Virus record (IMG/VR): IMGVR_UViG_3300033151_000226
Span: 1-58,994 of that record
Origin: a virus
Taxonomy: Duplodnaviria; Caudoviricetes
Direction: 5' to 3' (one strand)
DNA: 58,994 bases
Shown: one piece after another, positions 34,385-45,037 of the stretch
How the letters are laid out: every line of letters starts with the position of its first letter
How positions within the stretch are numbered: position 1 is the first letter of the stretch
Translations under genes and position numbers: made by a program
The notes under the pieces: generated by a model
The model's database searches: none
Seen by the model: the letters and a program-made list of their open reading frames with translations, nothing else
Told to the model about the DNA's origin: nothing

Positions 34385-36435
34385 CTGGACATTGCCCCGC
34401 GCAACCCTTCGACTGTTTCAGATACGAACACGGCCTGAATAGGCTTTGTTGTTTTGATTCTTATCTGCCATTGCCAACCCAGGAAGCCGCCCGGTAGCCT
34501 GATTGGTTCCGCGGTATCCACGTCGATCGTGTATTGGCTTACGCCGTCCACAACGAACTCGATACTTATGGTCGCTTCTGGATCTGGCCAAGCTGTGTCG
34601 TACAACACTTGCATGATCCCCAGGTTCGATTCAAATGGCATTACGAACACCTGTGACCACCATTCAGCCTGCAGGCTTTCAGGATCAAGGTCGGGGTTCC
34701 ATTCAAGTACGACGGGCCTGCGCGGGAGATCCGTGCGATCGGCCAGCCAGTAAAGCCGGTCCTCGTCACGATCAACCAACATGCCAGAACAACGATCGGG
34801 AGTTACTTCACTGATCCGTAATAACTGAGCTTCCGGGTCGAAGATAAACGTCTTTGATACCATCGTCGGCTCATTGAAGAACGTCAGATAGTATTTGCCG
34901 TCGTGAACAACCGCGAACGAATCACTGTAGTTCCTGAACCATGCCCGCCAGTCCTTTTCGTCCCACACGTCTTTCAAAACGTTCTTTGTGCCGCCCGGCA
35001 AGGCCAGTTGCAGGCCGTTTGGACTGGGATACATGACGCCATAGCCCAGGGACTTCATAGCCCGCTTAGATATGCACGGTTCTACCGTTGGCAGCTTTGA
35101 AAAGGTCATGCTGAGTGGATCGCTGGCCGTGCCGATATACGGGTTTTCTTCCGTGCCGACTACCAGCTGTTGCCCGAAGGCCGCAAGGCCGACAATAGGA
35201 TTGTCCATGTTCTTTGTGTACGCGGCTGGCCATGCGTGCGGTTGGTACGGTTCGCACAGATAGAGTGTCCTATCAACAAAACCGGCCATAACACCGTTGG
35301 GCAGGACCACAAGCCCGCGTAATTCAGCTGGTGGTGGATACCATTCGAGTGATTGCAGTTCCTCTCCGAGCCCGATTACTTCTATGCTGTCCTCGTAGAG
35401 CTCTTGGCTGATCTCGATTTCAGCTACAAAGTAGTACCTGGCTTCCCCGGTGGACGTTGGGACCGTGCGATAGATCCTCTTGTGTGTGTAGATCGCGCCG
35501 GGATCGTCAATGCTGGTCGGTGTCTGCACTCGAACCGTTTGACCGAAGCCAACCGATACCAGAACCGACGGTAGCGACGGTGGGCCTTCCTCTCCGAGCT
35601 CCGTGACCAGGGTATAAACATAAAACCGATCTTCAACTTGGGAGATCTCAAACTCTTGCTGCCAGTTCACTGAATCAGAAAAGAACAGCTGTAGCGGTTG
35701 CGGTGCATCAGGATTGAGTAGATCTGTTGCAGTGTCGTACCCTTCCGGCACCAAATCGCTGGTATCCAGTGCTTTTAGCGTAAGGAAACTAAGGTGCCCG
35801 TACTCTCCGGGCTCTGCACGCTCTATGAGATAAACCTGATTGTTTACCCGGTCCCATCCTTCATTTTCCGCGGCCGAGATCTTAATGCGGGTTCCAGTGA
35901 CAACCGAATCACCTGGGCCCGGCGTGTAGCTAAGTGGGCCGCTTGCATCAAGCTGCAGTACCGTCGGGGATCCTGCAACCAAGTGGCCTATGCCGTTCAA
36001 TGCTTCCGGCACTGAGACTATCGGCTTTACTGGCCCTGGGATCACGCCGAGCTTGCGCCAGTTGATCGGTGCACCGTAGTAAGTGGCGTCGGCATTTGGC
36101 AGGCCCAGTCGTTTCGTGCTGTAGGTTGGGAACTCTTGGAAGCCATACGAAAGGAATACGCGGTTGTCGATTTCTTCTTCTGCCCGGACGGGCCCGTATG
36201 TCGCGTCCACGTCCTGATTGAAGATAAACATCTGCTGATCGTTGAACACAAAGCCGGATCGGTGCACGAATAACGTTGAGGTTATGTAAGCAAGCTCAGA
36301 CAGGGGTGAGAATGTTCTTAGGTCCGTACCCTGCAAGTCAGAGTTAATGGCCTGCTCCGCGCTACCATCAAGTAACTTCTTTGGATCCTGTATTGGTAGG
36401 ATCCCGCCAAAGTTTGTTACGGCAAAGCCCTTCAT
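34381..36435 (-). CDS. Podovirus tail nozzle / DNA stabilisation protein
   Basis: 'F.GI.P', 'R.YVYTLVT..GEEGPPS', 'RIYRT', 'LPNGVMAGF', 'EPY.PHAWP', 'YPSPNGL', 'RLP.GF'. Confidence 0.8.
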   Translation of the reverse strand: MKGFAVTNFGGILPIQDPKKLLDGSAEQAINSDLQGTDLRTFSPLSELAYITSTLFVHRSGFVFNDQQMFIFNQDVDATYGPVRAEEEIDNRVFLSYGFQEFPTYSTKRLGLPNADATYYGAPINWRKLGVIPGPVKPIVSVPEALNGIGHLVAGSPTVLQLDASGPLSYTPGPGDSVVTGTRIKISAAENEGWDRVNNQVYLIERAEPGEYGHLSFLTLKALDTSDLVPEGYDTATDLLNPDAPQPLQLFFSDSVNWQQEFEISQVEDRFYVYTLVTELGEEGPPSLPSVLVSVGFGQTVRVQTPTSIDDPGAIYTHKRIYRTVPTSTGEARYYFVAEIEISQELYEDSIEVIGLGEELQSLEWYPPPAELRGLVVLPNGVMAGFVDRTLYLCEPYQPHAWPAAYTKNMDNPIVGLAAFGQQLVVGTEENPYIGTASDPLSMTFSKLPTVEPCISKRAMKSLGYGVMYPSPNGLQLALPGGTKNVLKDVWDEKDWRAWFRNYSDSFAVVHDGKYYLTFFNEPTMVSKTFIFDPEAQLLRISEVTPDRCSGMLVDRDEDRLYWLADRTDLPRRPVVLEWNPDLDPESLQAEWWSQVFVMPFESNLGIMQVLYDTAWPDPEATISIEFVVDGVSQYTIDVDTAEPIRLPGGFLGWQWQIRIKTTKPIQAVFVSETVEGLRGAMSR

Positions 36436-36614
36436 TTCTTTTTACCTTCCTTTTCGGGCTCGTCTTGTGTGGCCGCCACAATAGTCCTCATGTGGATGCT
36501 GGCCACGTCTGCGACTGGCTTTCTGGCTACCGGATCCAACGTGTTCACGTAAGACGCGATCGCTTCTGCCATGAAGTTCAATGCTTCTTTCAAAACCTTT
36601 TGGTCATTGCTCAT
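36432..36614 (-). CDS. Hypothetical protein
   Basis: ATGA-coupled 60-aa ORF. Confidence 0.6.
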   Translation of the reverse strand: MSNDQKVLKEALNFMAEAIASYVNTLDPVARKPVADVASIHMRTIVAATQDEPEKEGKKK

Positions 36615-36943
36615 GGCGTTTCCCTTACCCGGATCTTGAACTCAAGTTCTTCCTGGCGCCCCAAGAATGTCGTGATTTTACAGGTGATAATATAGTCAAT
36701 CTTGTCCAGGCCACCACCGATCCATACCTTGCCGCGACGAAGCAGACCACCCCGGCCCGGTAGAAACTGCGTATCGGGTAAAGGATCCGGGCCAAGTTCA
36801 ATCTCTGGCAGTGCTCCAAAGGGCGGTACACTGGTGGCCGCGATATCTACGAGATAGTCCTGATCGTCGCGTTCATCGAAGTAATCTTCGAGCTCAATGT
36901 CGTAGTCGAACAGTTCCCACGGCTGTTTTGTAAAGGTTCTCAT
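36611..36943 (-). CDS. Small tail/fibre adaptor-like protein
   Basis: 'FTKQP.E..DYDI', 'KVWI.GG.....Y.ITC..TT..GR..E.EF.I.V'. Confidence 0.7.
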   Translation of the reverse strand: MRTFTKQPWELFDYDIELEDYFDERDDQDYLVDIAATSVPPFGALPEIELGPDPLPDTQFLPGRGGLLRRGKVWIGGGLDKIDYIITCKITTFLGRQEELEFKIRVRETP

Positions 36944-38418
36944 AATAAACTGGTGTCCTTTCGGCATAAAGCGATTGATCGGTCTACCGGGCACATGAAT
37001 ATCGTGCGTTCATCCGGTGCCGGTTCACCATACCGTGAACGGAGATCGGCTCTTGGTATGCTGAATACGATTACTGGTTGTGCAAGCTGCTCTTGCAGTC
37101 GGGATAGATTGTCTACGCCGCCCAAGGTGAAGAAAAGAGTTGGGTTGGATTCAAGGTGTCGAGAATAGCCGATATCAGCTTCAATGCTGAACTCAATACA
37201 CATTCCATCCAATGTATCGTCGCAGTCGGCCATGAAGTTAATATCACCTTCAAGGGCCGGGGGTTGCATACTGAGCACCATGAACGGAACTGCGCCCAGG
37301 TCGTATCTCAGCACCAGTGCCGGACTCGGCATTGTGAGGTGTAACCAATCTACATCTTGATTAACAGCCAGATTCAGTATGTGCTCAAACTCATGGAACA
37401 GGCTTAAAGTAAAGCCCGGAGCCGCGGCCATATCGGTTCTTGTTCCGGCGCCATAGGCCACCATGCTGAACTCAAGAAGGAGCTCGGCTTCGATATCAAT
37501 GTGTTTGATTAACTCAAAGCCGGTATCGTCAAGCGTGATCTCAAGCAACGGGAACGCGGTGCTATCAATATAGGTGGTGCCTTCGCTGATATCGTTTGGC
37601 GTGCTGAAAACGATTTCGGGGGCGGCTTCCAGGTTCGTTATACCGCCGAGTACCGCTTCCATCGAGAACGAAACAAGCGGGCCTGCTTCCAATCCCAGGA
37701 CCGGCACAAGTTCGATCGGTGATTCAATCGTAAATGCCTTGGTTGGATCCGCTTCAAGGTCAATATCTGTGGTCGGAATATCATAATGGATCTTCATTTC
37801 CACATATTGAAGATAAATTGACGCTTCAACGTAAGGGTATTCTTCACCGCCCCGATAATTAAGAAGCGTATGGAACGCACCATCAGGATTAACAAGTGAT
37901 GCGTGAGTAAAGAATTCAGATACCAACTTGTCGGTAGCCAAGCCAAACAGCTGCCCAGGCCCACCAACAACGACATTGTGCGTGGGTGGATCTGTTCTTA
38001 GTGGCCCAGTTGAACCGCCCGGAAGGTCGTTTGGATCTTCTACAAGGTAAGGTGTCGTTGCTGGATTCCCCGGCGCTTCATCAATAATGGTTCGCTGTCC
38101 AGATAGCATATTAACTGGATTTAGGCTGACGTTAGGTGGGGTGACTCCAGCTTGATATTGGTAGGCCCAAATACGGTATTCAAGCCCGGTGATAATAGCA
38201 TTGTTGGGATAAGCGCCTACCGGAACTACCCAGTTCCATGCAATCGTATCCGTTACAGGTGGGAACCGTGAATCATTCGACGCGCACCAGCTACTTGCGC
38301 CAAAGTTCTGCCACAATGCCAACCATTCAGTGTAATACCACGGATTCCCCCCCTCGCCTGGAGGGGGAGAAGTCGATATCTCACTTGCTGCCGGTTTTAA
38401 CCACCCAGTATCAGCCAT
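36940..38418 (-). CDS. Putative virion fibre/structural protein
   Basis: 492-aa acidic, beta-rich ORF in the tail module. Confidence 0.6.
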   Translation of the reverse strand: MADTGWLKPAASEISTSPPPGEGGNPWYYTEWLALWQNFGASSWCASNDSRFPPVTDTIAWNWVVPVGAYPNNAIITGLEYRIWAYQYQAGVTPPNVSLNPVNMLSGQRTIIDEAPGNPATTPYLVEDPNDLPGGSTGPLRTDPPTHNVVVGGPGQLFGLATDKLVSEFFTHASLVNPDGAFHTLLNYRGGEEYPYVEASIYLQYVEMKIHYDIPTTDIDLEADPTKAFTIESPIELVPVLGLEAGPLVSFSMEAVLGGITNLEAAPEIVFSTPNDISEGTTYIDSTAFPLLEITLDDTGFELIKHIDIEAELLLEFSMVAYGAGTRTDMAAAPGFTLSLFHEFEHILNLAVNQDVDWLHLTMPSPALVLRYDLGAVPFMVLSMQPPALEGDINFMADCDDTLDGMCIEFSIEADIGYSRHLESNPTLFFTLGGVDNLSRLQEQLAQPVIVFSIPRADLRSRYGEPAPDERTIFMCPVDRSIALCRKDTSLL

Positions 38419-38428
38419 GGTGTGCTAC

Positions 38429-38821
38429 TTACGCAGCTTTCGGCGTAAGGGATCCCGTTGGGAACCTTGGCACGTCATTCTGACTGAACACCTTGGACGT
38501 TGATAATGGCGCGTATTCAAGCAAGTTACCGCCTGATACTGCATCCCATATACCAACATGGGTAATGGTGAACGGTCCGGCGTCTGCAATGGCAGCAAAC
38601 TCGATAGCCGCGCTATTACTTACAGTGCCAGCACCCATGATCGGGGCACTCCAGGCAGCAACAATACGGGCATAACCAGCATCGGTAAGCTCGGTATCGG
38701 CCGCGGCGTCGGTCGGGTCAGCTGTGTGAAGTGACACGTATGTAGCGGCCACTGAAAAGGGTTCGTTAAGGAAAATGGCACGTTGTACCTTATCTTCCAG
38801 ATAATCTGTTGCAGCAGTCAT
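38429..38821 (-). CDS. Small tail-fibre-associated structural protein
   Basis: 'DYLE', 'YVSLHTADP', 'GYAR', 'ITHVGIWDA..GGNLL', 'F..GSL'. Confidence 0.8.
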   Translation of the reverse strand: MTAATDYLEDKVQRAIFLNEPFSVAATYVSLHTADPTDAAADTELTDAGYARIVAAWSAPIMGAGTVSNSAAIEFAAIADAGPFTITHVGIWDAVSGGNLLEYAPLSTSKVFSQNDVPRFPTGSLTPKAA

Positions 38822-38887
38822 TAAAATGATCTCCTAATTGCGGTTATGGATAACAAAAGAGGACCATGGCTGGCCCGGTTAGAACTC

Positions 38888-39535
38888 TTACCAGAACTTG
38901 CGTAGCGCGACTTTCAAATCGGCTACGGATTCATCCTTGTTCGTGTTTGCATTGATCTTGGATATCTCTACTTGGAACTCGATTTCTCTGTCGGTTGCCG
39001 CGGCACGGTCATACCAAGCCATATTTTTGATTCGTAACAGCTTGGCCAAGGTACCGGCAACGATCGCTTCCTTGTAGTAGTAAAAGAAACGATCATCTAT
39101 GCGTGGTGTGCGCGGATCCGGCACAAAGGCCACATGCGCGGTAAAACCATCCTCTATGGCCTTTGTCGGGCCTGGGATCAGCTGTATTGTGCTGGCGTCT
39201 ATGTTGATAAACGAGTACGCGGCTTCCCCGGTATCCTGTTCCCAGTCTTTGTTTTCTGAGATCAGGTTACGCCGGGCGGCCTGCGTCAATATCCGGCCTT
39301 GTGATTTCACCCACAACACCCGCCAGATCCTCAAGCATGAGCTCGGAGTCTCCAGCCTGTAGATTGATACGCCGTCCTCGATTTCTACGGGATCCAAGGT
39401 GGCATTGGATATCATGGTACGTTTGCACACTTCGGCCGTGGCCATGATGATTCGATGTTTTACCAGTGGCTTCGGTGCACCGGGCACTTCAAGCAAGATA
39501 TCGTCATACCATTTATCTACGCCCATAAGGTTCAT
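38888..39535 (-). CDS. Head-tail adaptor-like protein
   Basis: 'VPGAP', 'P.P', 'Y.EAI..G.LA.L......W'; paired with the next adaptor gene. Confidence 0.7.
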   Translation of the reverse strand: MNLMGVDKWYDDILLEVPGAPKPLVKHRIIMATAEVCKRTMISNATLDPVEIEDGVSIYRLETPSSCLRIWRVLWVKSQGRILTQAARRNLISENKDWEQDTGEAAYSFINIDASTIQLIPGPTKAIEDGFTAHVAFVPDPRTPRIDDRFFYYYKEAIVAGTLAKLLRIKNMAWYDRAAATDREIEFQVEISKINANTNKDESVADLKVALRKFW

Positions 39536-40206
39536 TAGGCTGTCTCCTCGGTTTCACGTATCTGTTGGGTTTGTTTCTCGCCTTCTGTCTTGGCGCCGAC
39601 AACCAGGCCAAACTTAGTAAGGAACATTTCGGCTTGTGGGGATCCTGCAAACTTCTCGTCTTTCTCAAGCAGTCGCATCATGGCGAAGTAATACACGCCG
39701 TTGATACCTTCGTCAGTAACGCCGAGCTCTGTACCTGGGCCGGAGATAATGCCGGGCCTGCGGGCATAACGCATTTCCACCCACCCTGGCTGGCTTGTTT
39801 CTGGATCCTCACCGACTGGCGGGTAAACCCAAAAGAACTCACGTTCACGCTCTGATTGCATCCAGTGGTCTACTTGGGTATCGCTCGGCTCACTCATCCA
39901 GTGTGTAACGGCCCGGTCCATCAATGGTCGCTCAACCTTTGTCACTGTCGAGATCGGATCCATATCCGCACTCAGGTTATAGGCCAGATCAAACAGTGAA
40001 TAGCAATCGGCCGGCACTGGCTGTTTCGGCCCCAGGATCATCTGGACCGGCTCGGTTACTTCAAACATATCCGGCCGGGCTTCGAGTAGGGCTTTCTGTG
40101 CATCATCAATGCTTTCGTACATTTCATCTTCCGGCCAACGCACCTTGGTTATATCGTGCAGTGTTCGGGCCAGTCGCTTAGTCAGATCTGATGCAAGAAT
40201 TGTCAT
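39535..40206 (-). CDS. DUF6682-like head-tail adaptor
   Basis: 'L.D....RW...E.......AQ......RPD', 'FWVYPP', 'KD..FAG'. Confidence 0.75.
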   Translation of the reverse strand: MTILASDLTKRLARTLHDITKVRWPEDEMYESIDDAQKALLEARPDMFEVTEPVQMILGPKQPVPADCYSLFDLAYNLSADMDPISTVTKVERPLMDRAVTHWMSEPSDTQVDHWMQSEREREFFWVYPPVGEDPETSQPGWVEMRYARRPGIISGPGTELGVTDEGINGVYYFAMMRLLEKDEKFAGSPQAEMFLTKFGLVVGAKTEGEKQTQQIRETEETA

Positions 40207-40210
40207 TCGT

Positions 40211-40561
40211 TTACCCTGCTACGGCCGTGGCGCTAATGTGTGACGCAACCCACCCGATAAAAGGCGGTACGCTCAATATGCAAACAGCAATTATCAGACT
40301 GAGACTGATCCTGTTTGTGTGTACTTGCTTTTCGAGATCTTCCACCTTCTGAGGAGGAACCAGTTTTTCCCTGATAGCGGATAACTGTTTTTGAATACAT
40401 ATCGTGTCCCGATTGTTCGATTCGATATGTTCATCAATCTTCTTGTTTAGAACCGTGTCCTTACGGTCTAACTTGTGGTGAATATCACGTATATCCTGGC
40501 GCATTTCGCGCAACATTTCCGAATCACTCATTCCCTTAGTATCCTTACATTCAGTTCCCAT
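40211..40561 (-). CDS. Coiled-coil protein with a C-terminal TM helix (holin/haemolysin-like)
   Basis: Coiled coil then 'ISLSLIIAVCILSVPPFIGWV'; GGAGG RBS. Confidence 0.6.
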   Translation of the reverse strand: MGTECKDTKGMSDSEMLREMRQDIRDIHHKLDRKDTVLNKKIDEHIESNNRDTICIQKQLSAIREKLVPPQKVEDLEKQVHTNRISLSLIIAVCILSVPPFIGWVASHISATAVAG

Positions 40562-40572
40562 GATTCCCTCCC

Positions 40573-40980
40573 TCACAATGCAGCTGGTATAAGTTTGGCA
40601 AGTCGAAGGATCTCGGCTTGCGAAGTGTTCCCCGCTGAATTACTTGGTACGACTGCTACCCCAGTAGCGACCAACACATCGACAATGTTGTTATTGGATC
40701 CGATTAGATCTACTCGCTCGGCTGCTCCAGAAAACTGGATCGTGTAATTATTTATGATTTCATCAAAACCTGCGTAATCAACGCCTGCGAAATCGAACCG
40801 AGTATTTGAATGTACGAGTATTTGCGGAGCCCAAAGACCGTCGGCCGGATTCCATTCCAGCCTGCGAATCTCTTGCATAAAGTCCGTCATATCGAGTCGG
40901 TAATGCGTGCCCGATACCAACGTCAAGTCAGACGTTGGTATCGTGACAGCTTTATTAACCCAATCGACGGTATAAGCCAT
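40573..40980 (-). CDS. Putative virion protein
   Basis: 135-aa ORF in the structural operon. Confidence 0.7.
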   Translation of the reverse strand: MAYTVDWVNKAVTIPTSDLTLVSGTHYRLDMTDFMQEIRRLEWNPADGLWAPQILVHSNTRFDFAGVDYAGFDEIINNYTIQFSGAAERVDLIGSNNNIVDVLVATGVAVVPSNSAGNTSQAEILRLAKLIPAAL

Positions 40981-40983
40981 TGG

Positions 40984-42741
40984 TTAGCTCTCAGTATCGA
41001 GAACTACGGTCAATGACAACCCGTTTGACGTAACCGTACCTGAGATCGGTACTGGCTTGTCCGGGGCGGCCGGATCGCCATGGCGTACCCAACCAATAAC
41101 GTCCATGTCTGCGTTGTAGACATAAGTATTACTGATTGTCTTGGTAGTGCCACCACCTGTTGCGGAGTCGTACAAGATCGCTTCAAAGGCCGGATCGCCA
41201 CTCGTGAGAGTTTCATCCAGGCCGCCTGCGTGATCTGTTATATCCAAGGTATAGGTTGAGCCAGTCCATGAGGAATGGTGATACGCCTTGTACGTTGTGG
41301 CGCCACCAGTCGTATCAAGCACCATGATCCAACCATCCTGCGGAACGTCAGAAGCAATGGCTGTTGTCATTACAAGATCTGGATCCGCGGCCGTGTTGCC
41401 CACGCCAATGGTGTTGGTCGTGTAGTCCGGGGCGTTGAGTCCACCATCCTTTTCGGCTAAGAACACATGCGGATCGTGGCCAGAAGCATTGGCTTCAACC
41501 GTGATAAGCACCGTAACGTTCTGCGGAACGACTGGGCTCACACCATCAAGCGACGTAACCGCATCACCAAAGGTCAGTTCGTTTGCGATAATGCCGATAC
41601 CATACGCACCGATCCAATTAGAGCCGGTGTAAAGGCCCAGGTGGTTCGGGTCCGTGGTGAGTTTGGCCGGTGTGCCTGAAATAACGCCTGTTGCCGATCC
41701 TAAACCCGTTACCGTCAATGCGGCTTCCGGGAACACGCCGGTATTCAAGTGGAGCACCAAGCGGGCCGTTGTTGTGCCGTCGGTATCATCAACGGCCATG
41801 AGATTGCCGGTGCCAGCTGTGGCGCCGGATCCCCATGACAGTGTTTCATTCTGTGCCCAGGTGCCCGTACCAGATCCGATAACGCAGTCATATACCCGGC
41901 CGGTCCACAAGTTGCCGTCTACGCCATAAAGCGTTTCTACTGTTCCATCAACCAGTAGTGATTTGACGAACTCGGACAATGCTTTCTTGCCAAGCGCGTT
42001 GTGACTCCACTCACCCAGGAAGGGCTCGTCGCCATTACCGTCAACATCAATCAGCTTGTAGCCTTCCGACGGGGTAATTGCATACGCTTCAACCGTGACT
42101 TGCGCGGTATCATTCTGCGGATCGTTCGCGGTAATGATCGCGGCCGTTTTCTCGCCAACACCCAGGATAACGCCCCAAACTGCGTAAGTGTCAAACCACT
42201 TACTCGCTTTTACGTGAACCTGTTTGTTATCAATGTCTGCCCCGGCCGTGCGACATTTGACCATGATGCGAAGCAGGGTGTTTGAATCGGTCTGGTTCTT
42301 GCCTGTTCCCCAGTGAGAAGTAAGCTCCCCATGGTCCTGGATGATCTTCAATGGCGTGGCCGTGGCTGTTTGCCCCTGCACCCAAAGGCCGTAATAACCT
42401 TCGTCGCCGCCGTCAGTTTCAACGGATCCACCGAAATGCTGCTCCATGACCGTATCAGTTACCGTGTAGTTCACACTGAAATCGGTTGTGTGGTCCAGCA
42501 AGGTAATGATCGTGCCCAAGGCTTCCGACGTGCTTGGGTTCGGCTTGGTCAGATTGATACCATCATCACCCGATATGGTGAAGTCCCACGCGATCTTCTG
42601 TAAGGATCTGTGAAGCCACCAAACATGGAACGTGTCTGTTCCGGTGTTGAAGGTAATAGTGCCGTCGGCGTCTACTGTGTATTGTGCTAACCAGGCTGCT
42701 ACGGCTGTGGCAGCGTCAGCTGATCTATCATAAATAGCCAT
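40984..42741 (-). CDS. Putative virion appendage protein (T/G/D-rich)
   Basis: 585 aa, AGGAG RBS, beta-rich composition. Confidence 0.7.
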   Translation of the reverse strand: MAIYDRSADAATAVAAWLAQYTVDADGTITFNTGTDTFHVWWLHRSLQKIAWDFTISGDDGINLTKPNPSTSEALGTIITLLDHTTDFSVNYTVTDTVMEQHFGGSVETDGGDEGYYGLWVQGQTATATPLKIIQDHGELTSHWGTGKNQTDSNTLLRIMVKCRTAGADIDNKQVHVKASKWFDTYAVWGVILGVGEKTAAIITANDPQNDTAQVTVEAYAITPSEGYKLIDVDGNGDEPFLGEWSHNALGKKALSEFVKSLLVDGTVETLYGVDGNLWTGRVYDCVIGSGTGTWAQNETLSWGSGATAGTGNLMAVDDTDGTTTARLVLHLNTGVFPEAALTVTGLGSATGVISGTPAKLTTDPNHLGLYTGSNWIGAYGIGIIANELTFGDAVTSLDGVSPVVPQNVTVLITVEANASGHDPHVFLAEKDGGLNAPDYTTNTIGVGNTAADPDLVMTTAIASDVPQDGWIMVLDTTGGATTYKAYHHSSWTGSTYTLDITDHAGGLDETLTSGDPAFEAILYDSATGGGTTKTISNTYVYNADMDVIGWVRHGDPAAPDKPVPISGTVTSNGLSLTVVLDTES

Positions 42742-42753
42742 GGGTAAATCTCC

Positions 42754-44382
42754 TTATGAAATTGGCTCAAGTCGAATGGTTAATGAAAAACCAGCGTCGG
42801 TTATAGTGCCGCTGAAATCTTTTTGTACGTAATCGGTGCCTGACAAGTCCATCTGCCTGGCCCAACCAACGATATCGAGATCCGCGACATACGTGTACTG
42901 GAACGTTACTTCGCCATTAACGTCAGTGGCGTCGTTTAGTAATTCGCTCTTATCGGAATCTTTACCAATCCACACATGAGCGAATTGGAGGGCAAGGCCG
43001 GTAGAATCATCGAGAACCTTGATCGTTACTGTTACCGGGGCGATAACCACGTCGATCGTCGCGCCGTCGCTTCGGTATGAGAACTCTCCAGTACAACCAA
43101 TAAGGTTGATTGTGATTGTCCCGCCAGTGTCCTTGAAATGGAATGTGCTGTCGTCTTGGGTATCAGAAGCGTTGTAGCCGCTGAATATGCAATTCCTCAA
43201 TGTGATATCGGCCGGGATATCTACACCGAACTCGATCGCGTGCGTGGCCGCGGCACCCTTGGTTATCGTGAGCCCGTCAAACTCGCCGTCTGGATCCGCG
43301 CTGTTGTTGTAAACGATCGCACTGGTATTGTCGGTACCCTCATACCCCGATACCGTGCTGCCGCGTATATCCGCGCCGTCTGGTGTGATCTGTTCGCACC
43401 CAACATAGGTAATGTTCTTGCAGTCCTGCCCGGTAACGTAAAGGAACTCGCCCAGGTTAAGCATGGTTCCGTTGAAAAGGACGGTTCCAATATCGGGATC
43501 CGTCCAATCAACATGCGGGCCGAAAGGACCATCATTGCTCCATATCGCGCCTTGGATATCAATGTCAGTGGTGGCCGTGGCCGAAGCAACTGCCCTTATC
43601 TCGTAGAAACCATCCCTGATATTGTTGTTTTGGAATACGATCTGTTCATTGAGCGATACCAGATTGCACGTTGCAGATCCGGTATCGTCACCCAGGATCA
43701 TGCCGCCCTGGGCCGCAAGGATCCCTGTTACCTTTTGAATGACCGTGTAGTAGTTTGCTACCAACACATCATCCTCTGCGATATCCAAGAAATTGAAGGC
43801 TTCTGTCGTTGCGGATTCGATTTGCAGGCCGTCGCCATATCGAACGCAATCAATCCAGGTGTTATCAACGATCCTGATATTGCCGGAATTACTCGCGTCC
43901 GTGTAGAACGTAATGATATCCACGTCGGCCAGCGACAAAGTACCAGATGAAGTATGCACGTCGGCCGTGTTGGTCAGATCAAGTACAAAGTTACGCCAGC
44001 CACCATCCCACTGATCGGCCCCGGTTACATGCCATTGCGTCCAGTTGCCCGAACCGTCCGTCACGCGAACCATAAGGCCGGAGTTGGTTGTGCTTGTGTT
44101 CAGATCCTCGCAGAACGGGAACACGTCACAACGCATCACCCAGTAAAGGTGGGGATACGTGTAATTGCTCGTCATGTCCTCATTGGTCGGTAGCGTGAGT
44201 ATCGCTGTTGCCAATGTGTTCTTGCCGGTCTGGTAGTTGTAGGATCCGTCCGTACCGATCGAGCCAGCCTGCTTATAGACTTCGGTATCAATCGCTTCCG
44301 AAGATGCGTCCCAGTCGCCCAGGGACGTATTGCCAGTAGTGGTAAGGGAAATGTCAATCAGGTTTTTTGTGACTGCAACCAT
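42754..44382 (-). CDS. Putative virion appendage protein with beta-helix-like segment
   Basis: 542 aa; 'HAIEF...ITLRNCIFSGY' and Ig-like C-terminus. Confidence 0.7.
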   Translation of the reverse strand: MVAVTKNLIDISLTTTGNTSLGDWDASSEAIDTEVYKQAGSIGTDGSYNYQTGKNTLATAILTLPTNEDMTSNYTYPHLYWVMRCDVFPFCEDLNTSTTNSGLMVRVTDGSGNWTQWHVTGADQWDGGWRNFVLDLTNTADVHTSSGTLSLADVDIITFYTDASNSGNIRIVDNTWIDCVRYGDGLQIESATTEAFNFLDIAEDDVLVANYYTVIQKVTGILAAQGGMILGDDTGSATCNLVSLNEQIVFQNNNIRDGFYEIRAVASATATTDIDIQGAIWSNDGPFGPHVDWTDPDIGTVLFNGTMLNLGEFLYVTGQDCKNITYVGCEQITPDGADIRGSTVSGYEGTDNTSAIVYNNSADPDGEFDGLTITKGAAATHAIEFGVDIPADITLRNCIFSGYNASDTQDDSTFHFKDTGGTITINLIGCTGEFSYRSDGATIDVVIAPVTVTIKVLDDSTGLALQFAHVWIGKDSDKSELLNDATDVNGEVTFQYTYVADLDIVGWARQMDLSGTDYVQKDFSGTITDAGFSLTIRLEPIS

Positions 44383-44387
44383 TACCG

Positions 44388-44663
44388 TTATCCGTAAGTG
44401 TAGGTGAGCCGGTTGATCCAGCTCTTGTCAAAGTTTGCGTTACTGTCGGCCCACTCGATCACGATATCGTCACCCCACTGGTCCGTATCTACCTGAGTGA
44501 TCCGTTTAATGCGCCATGTTGAATCTGTGTCCAAGGATCCCGGTACCGCTTCACCGACGTAACAGACGGTATCTGACGCCAGTTCCACCAGTTTCGCGTA
44601 GTTCCCGGACGTTCCACCAGATTCGCCACCGGGGGGCCAGCGAGATAAGCCGCCACCCGTCAC
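44388..44663 (-). CDS. Conserved small phage protein
   Basis: 'YVGEA.PGS......WRIKRI ... WAD....F...W.NR....Y'. Confidence 0.75.
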   Translation of the reverse strand: MTGGGLSRWPPGGESGGTSGNYAKLVELASDTVCYVGEAVPGSLDTDSTWRIKRITQVDTDQWGDDIVIEWADSNANFDKSWINRLTYTYG

Positions 44664-45037
44664 GCTTGGCCCCTCGTTGACGAAAGCACTATTGTTAGAA
44701 TTGCGTCCGGTCCGAAGCTCTCAAGCTCAACCAACTCGATACCGCGTAGCACCCCGGAGAATGTAGCGATCGCTGATTTGTTGTTATCCAGGGTAAGCAC
44801 CTGGCCGATATCTACCGAGTCCAGTATCACGGATCCTATTGTGTCCGGGATGATCCTCGCATTGACGGATCCACTAACAGGCACCGGGGAAGTAATTGTC
44901 AGCTGGTGTTGCGTCATGTGCCGGTGGCCGTCGGTCAGTCGTCGCATGGTGGCCGAGTGCCACACTTGGTTAAGAAACAGTACCGTCGTTGATACGTTGC
45001 CGTCTGTAAGAAAGTCGCCACTCGGTTTCTCAGACAT
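44660..45037 (-). CDS. Hypothetical protein
   Basis: TAATG-coupled start; track ORF begins at 45061. Confidence 0.6.
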   Translation of the reverse strand: MSEKPSGDFLTDGNVSTTVLFLNQVWHSATMRRLTDGHRHMTQHQLTITSPVPVSGSVNARIIPDTIGSVILDSVDIGQVLTLDNNKSAIATFSGVLRGIELVELESFGPDAILTIVLSSTRGQA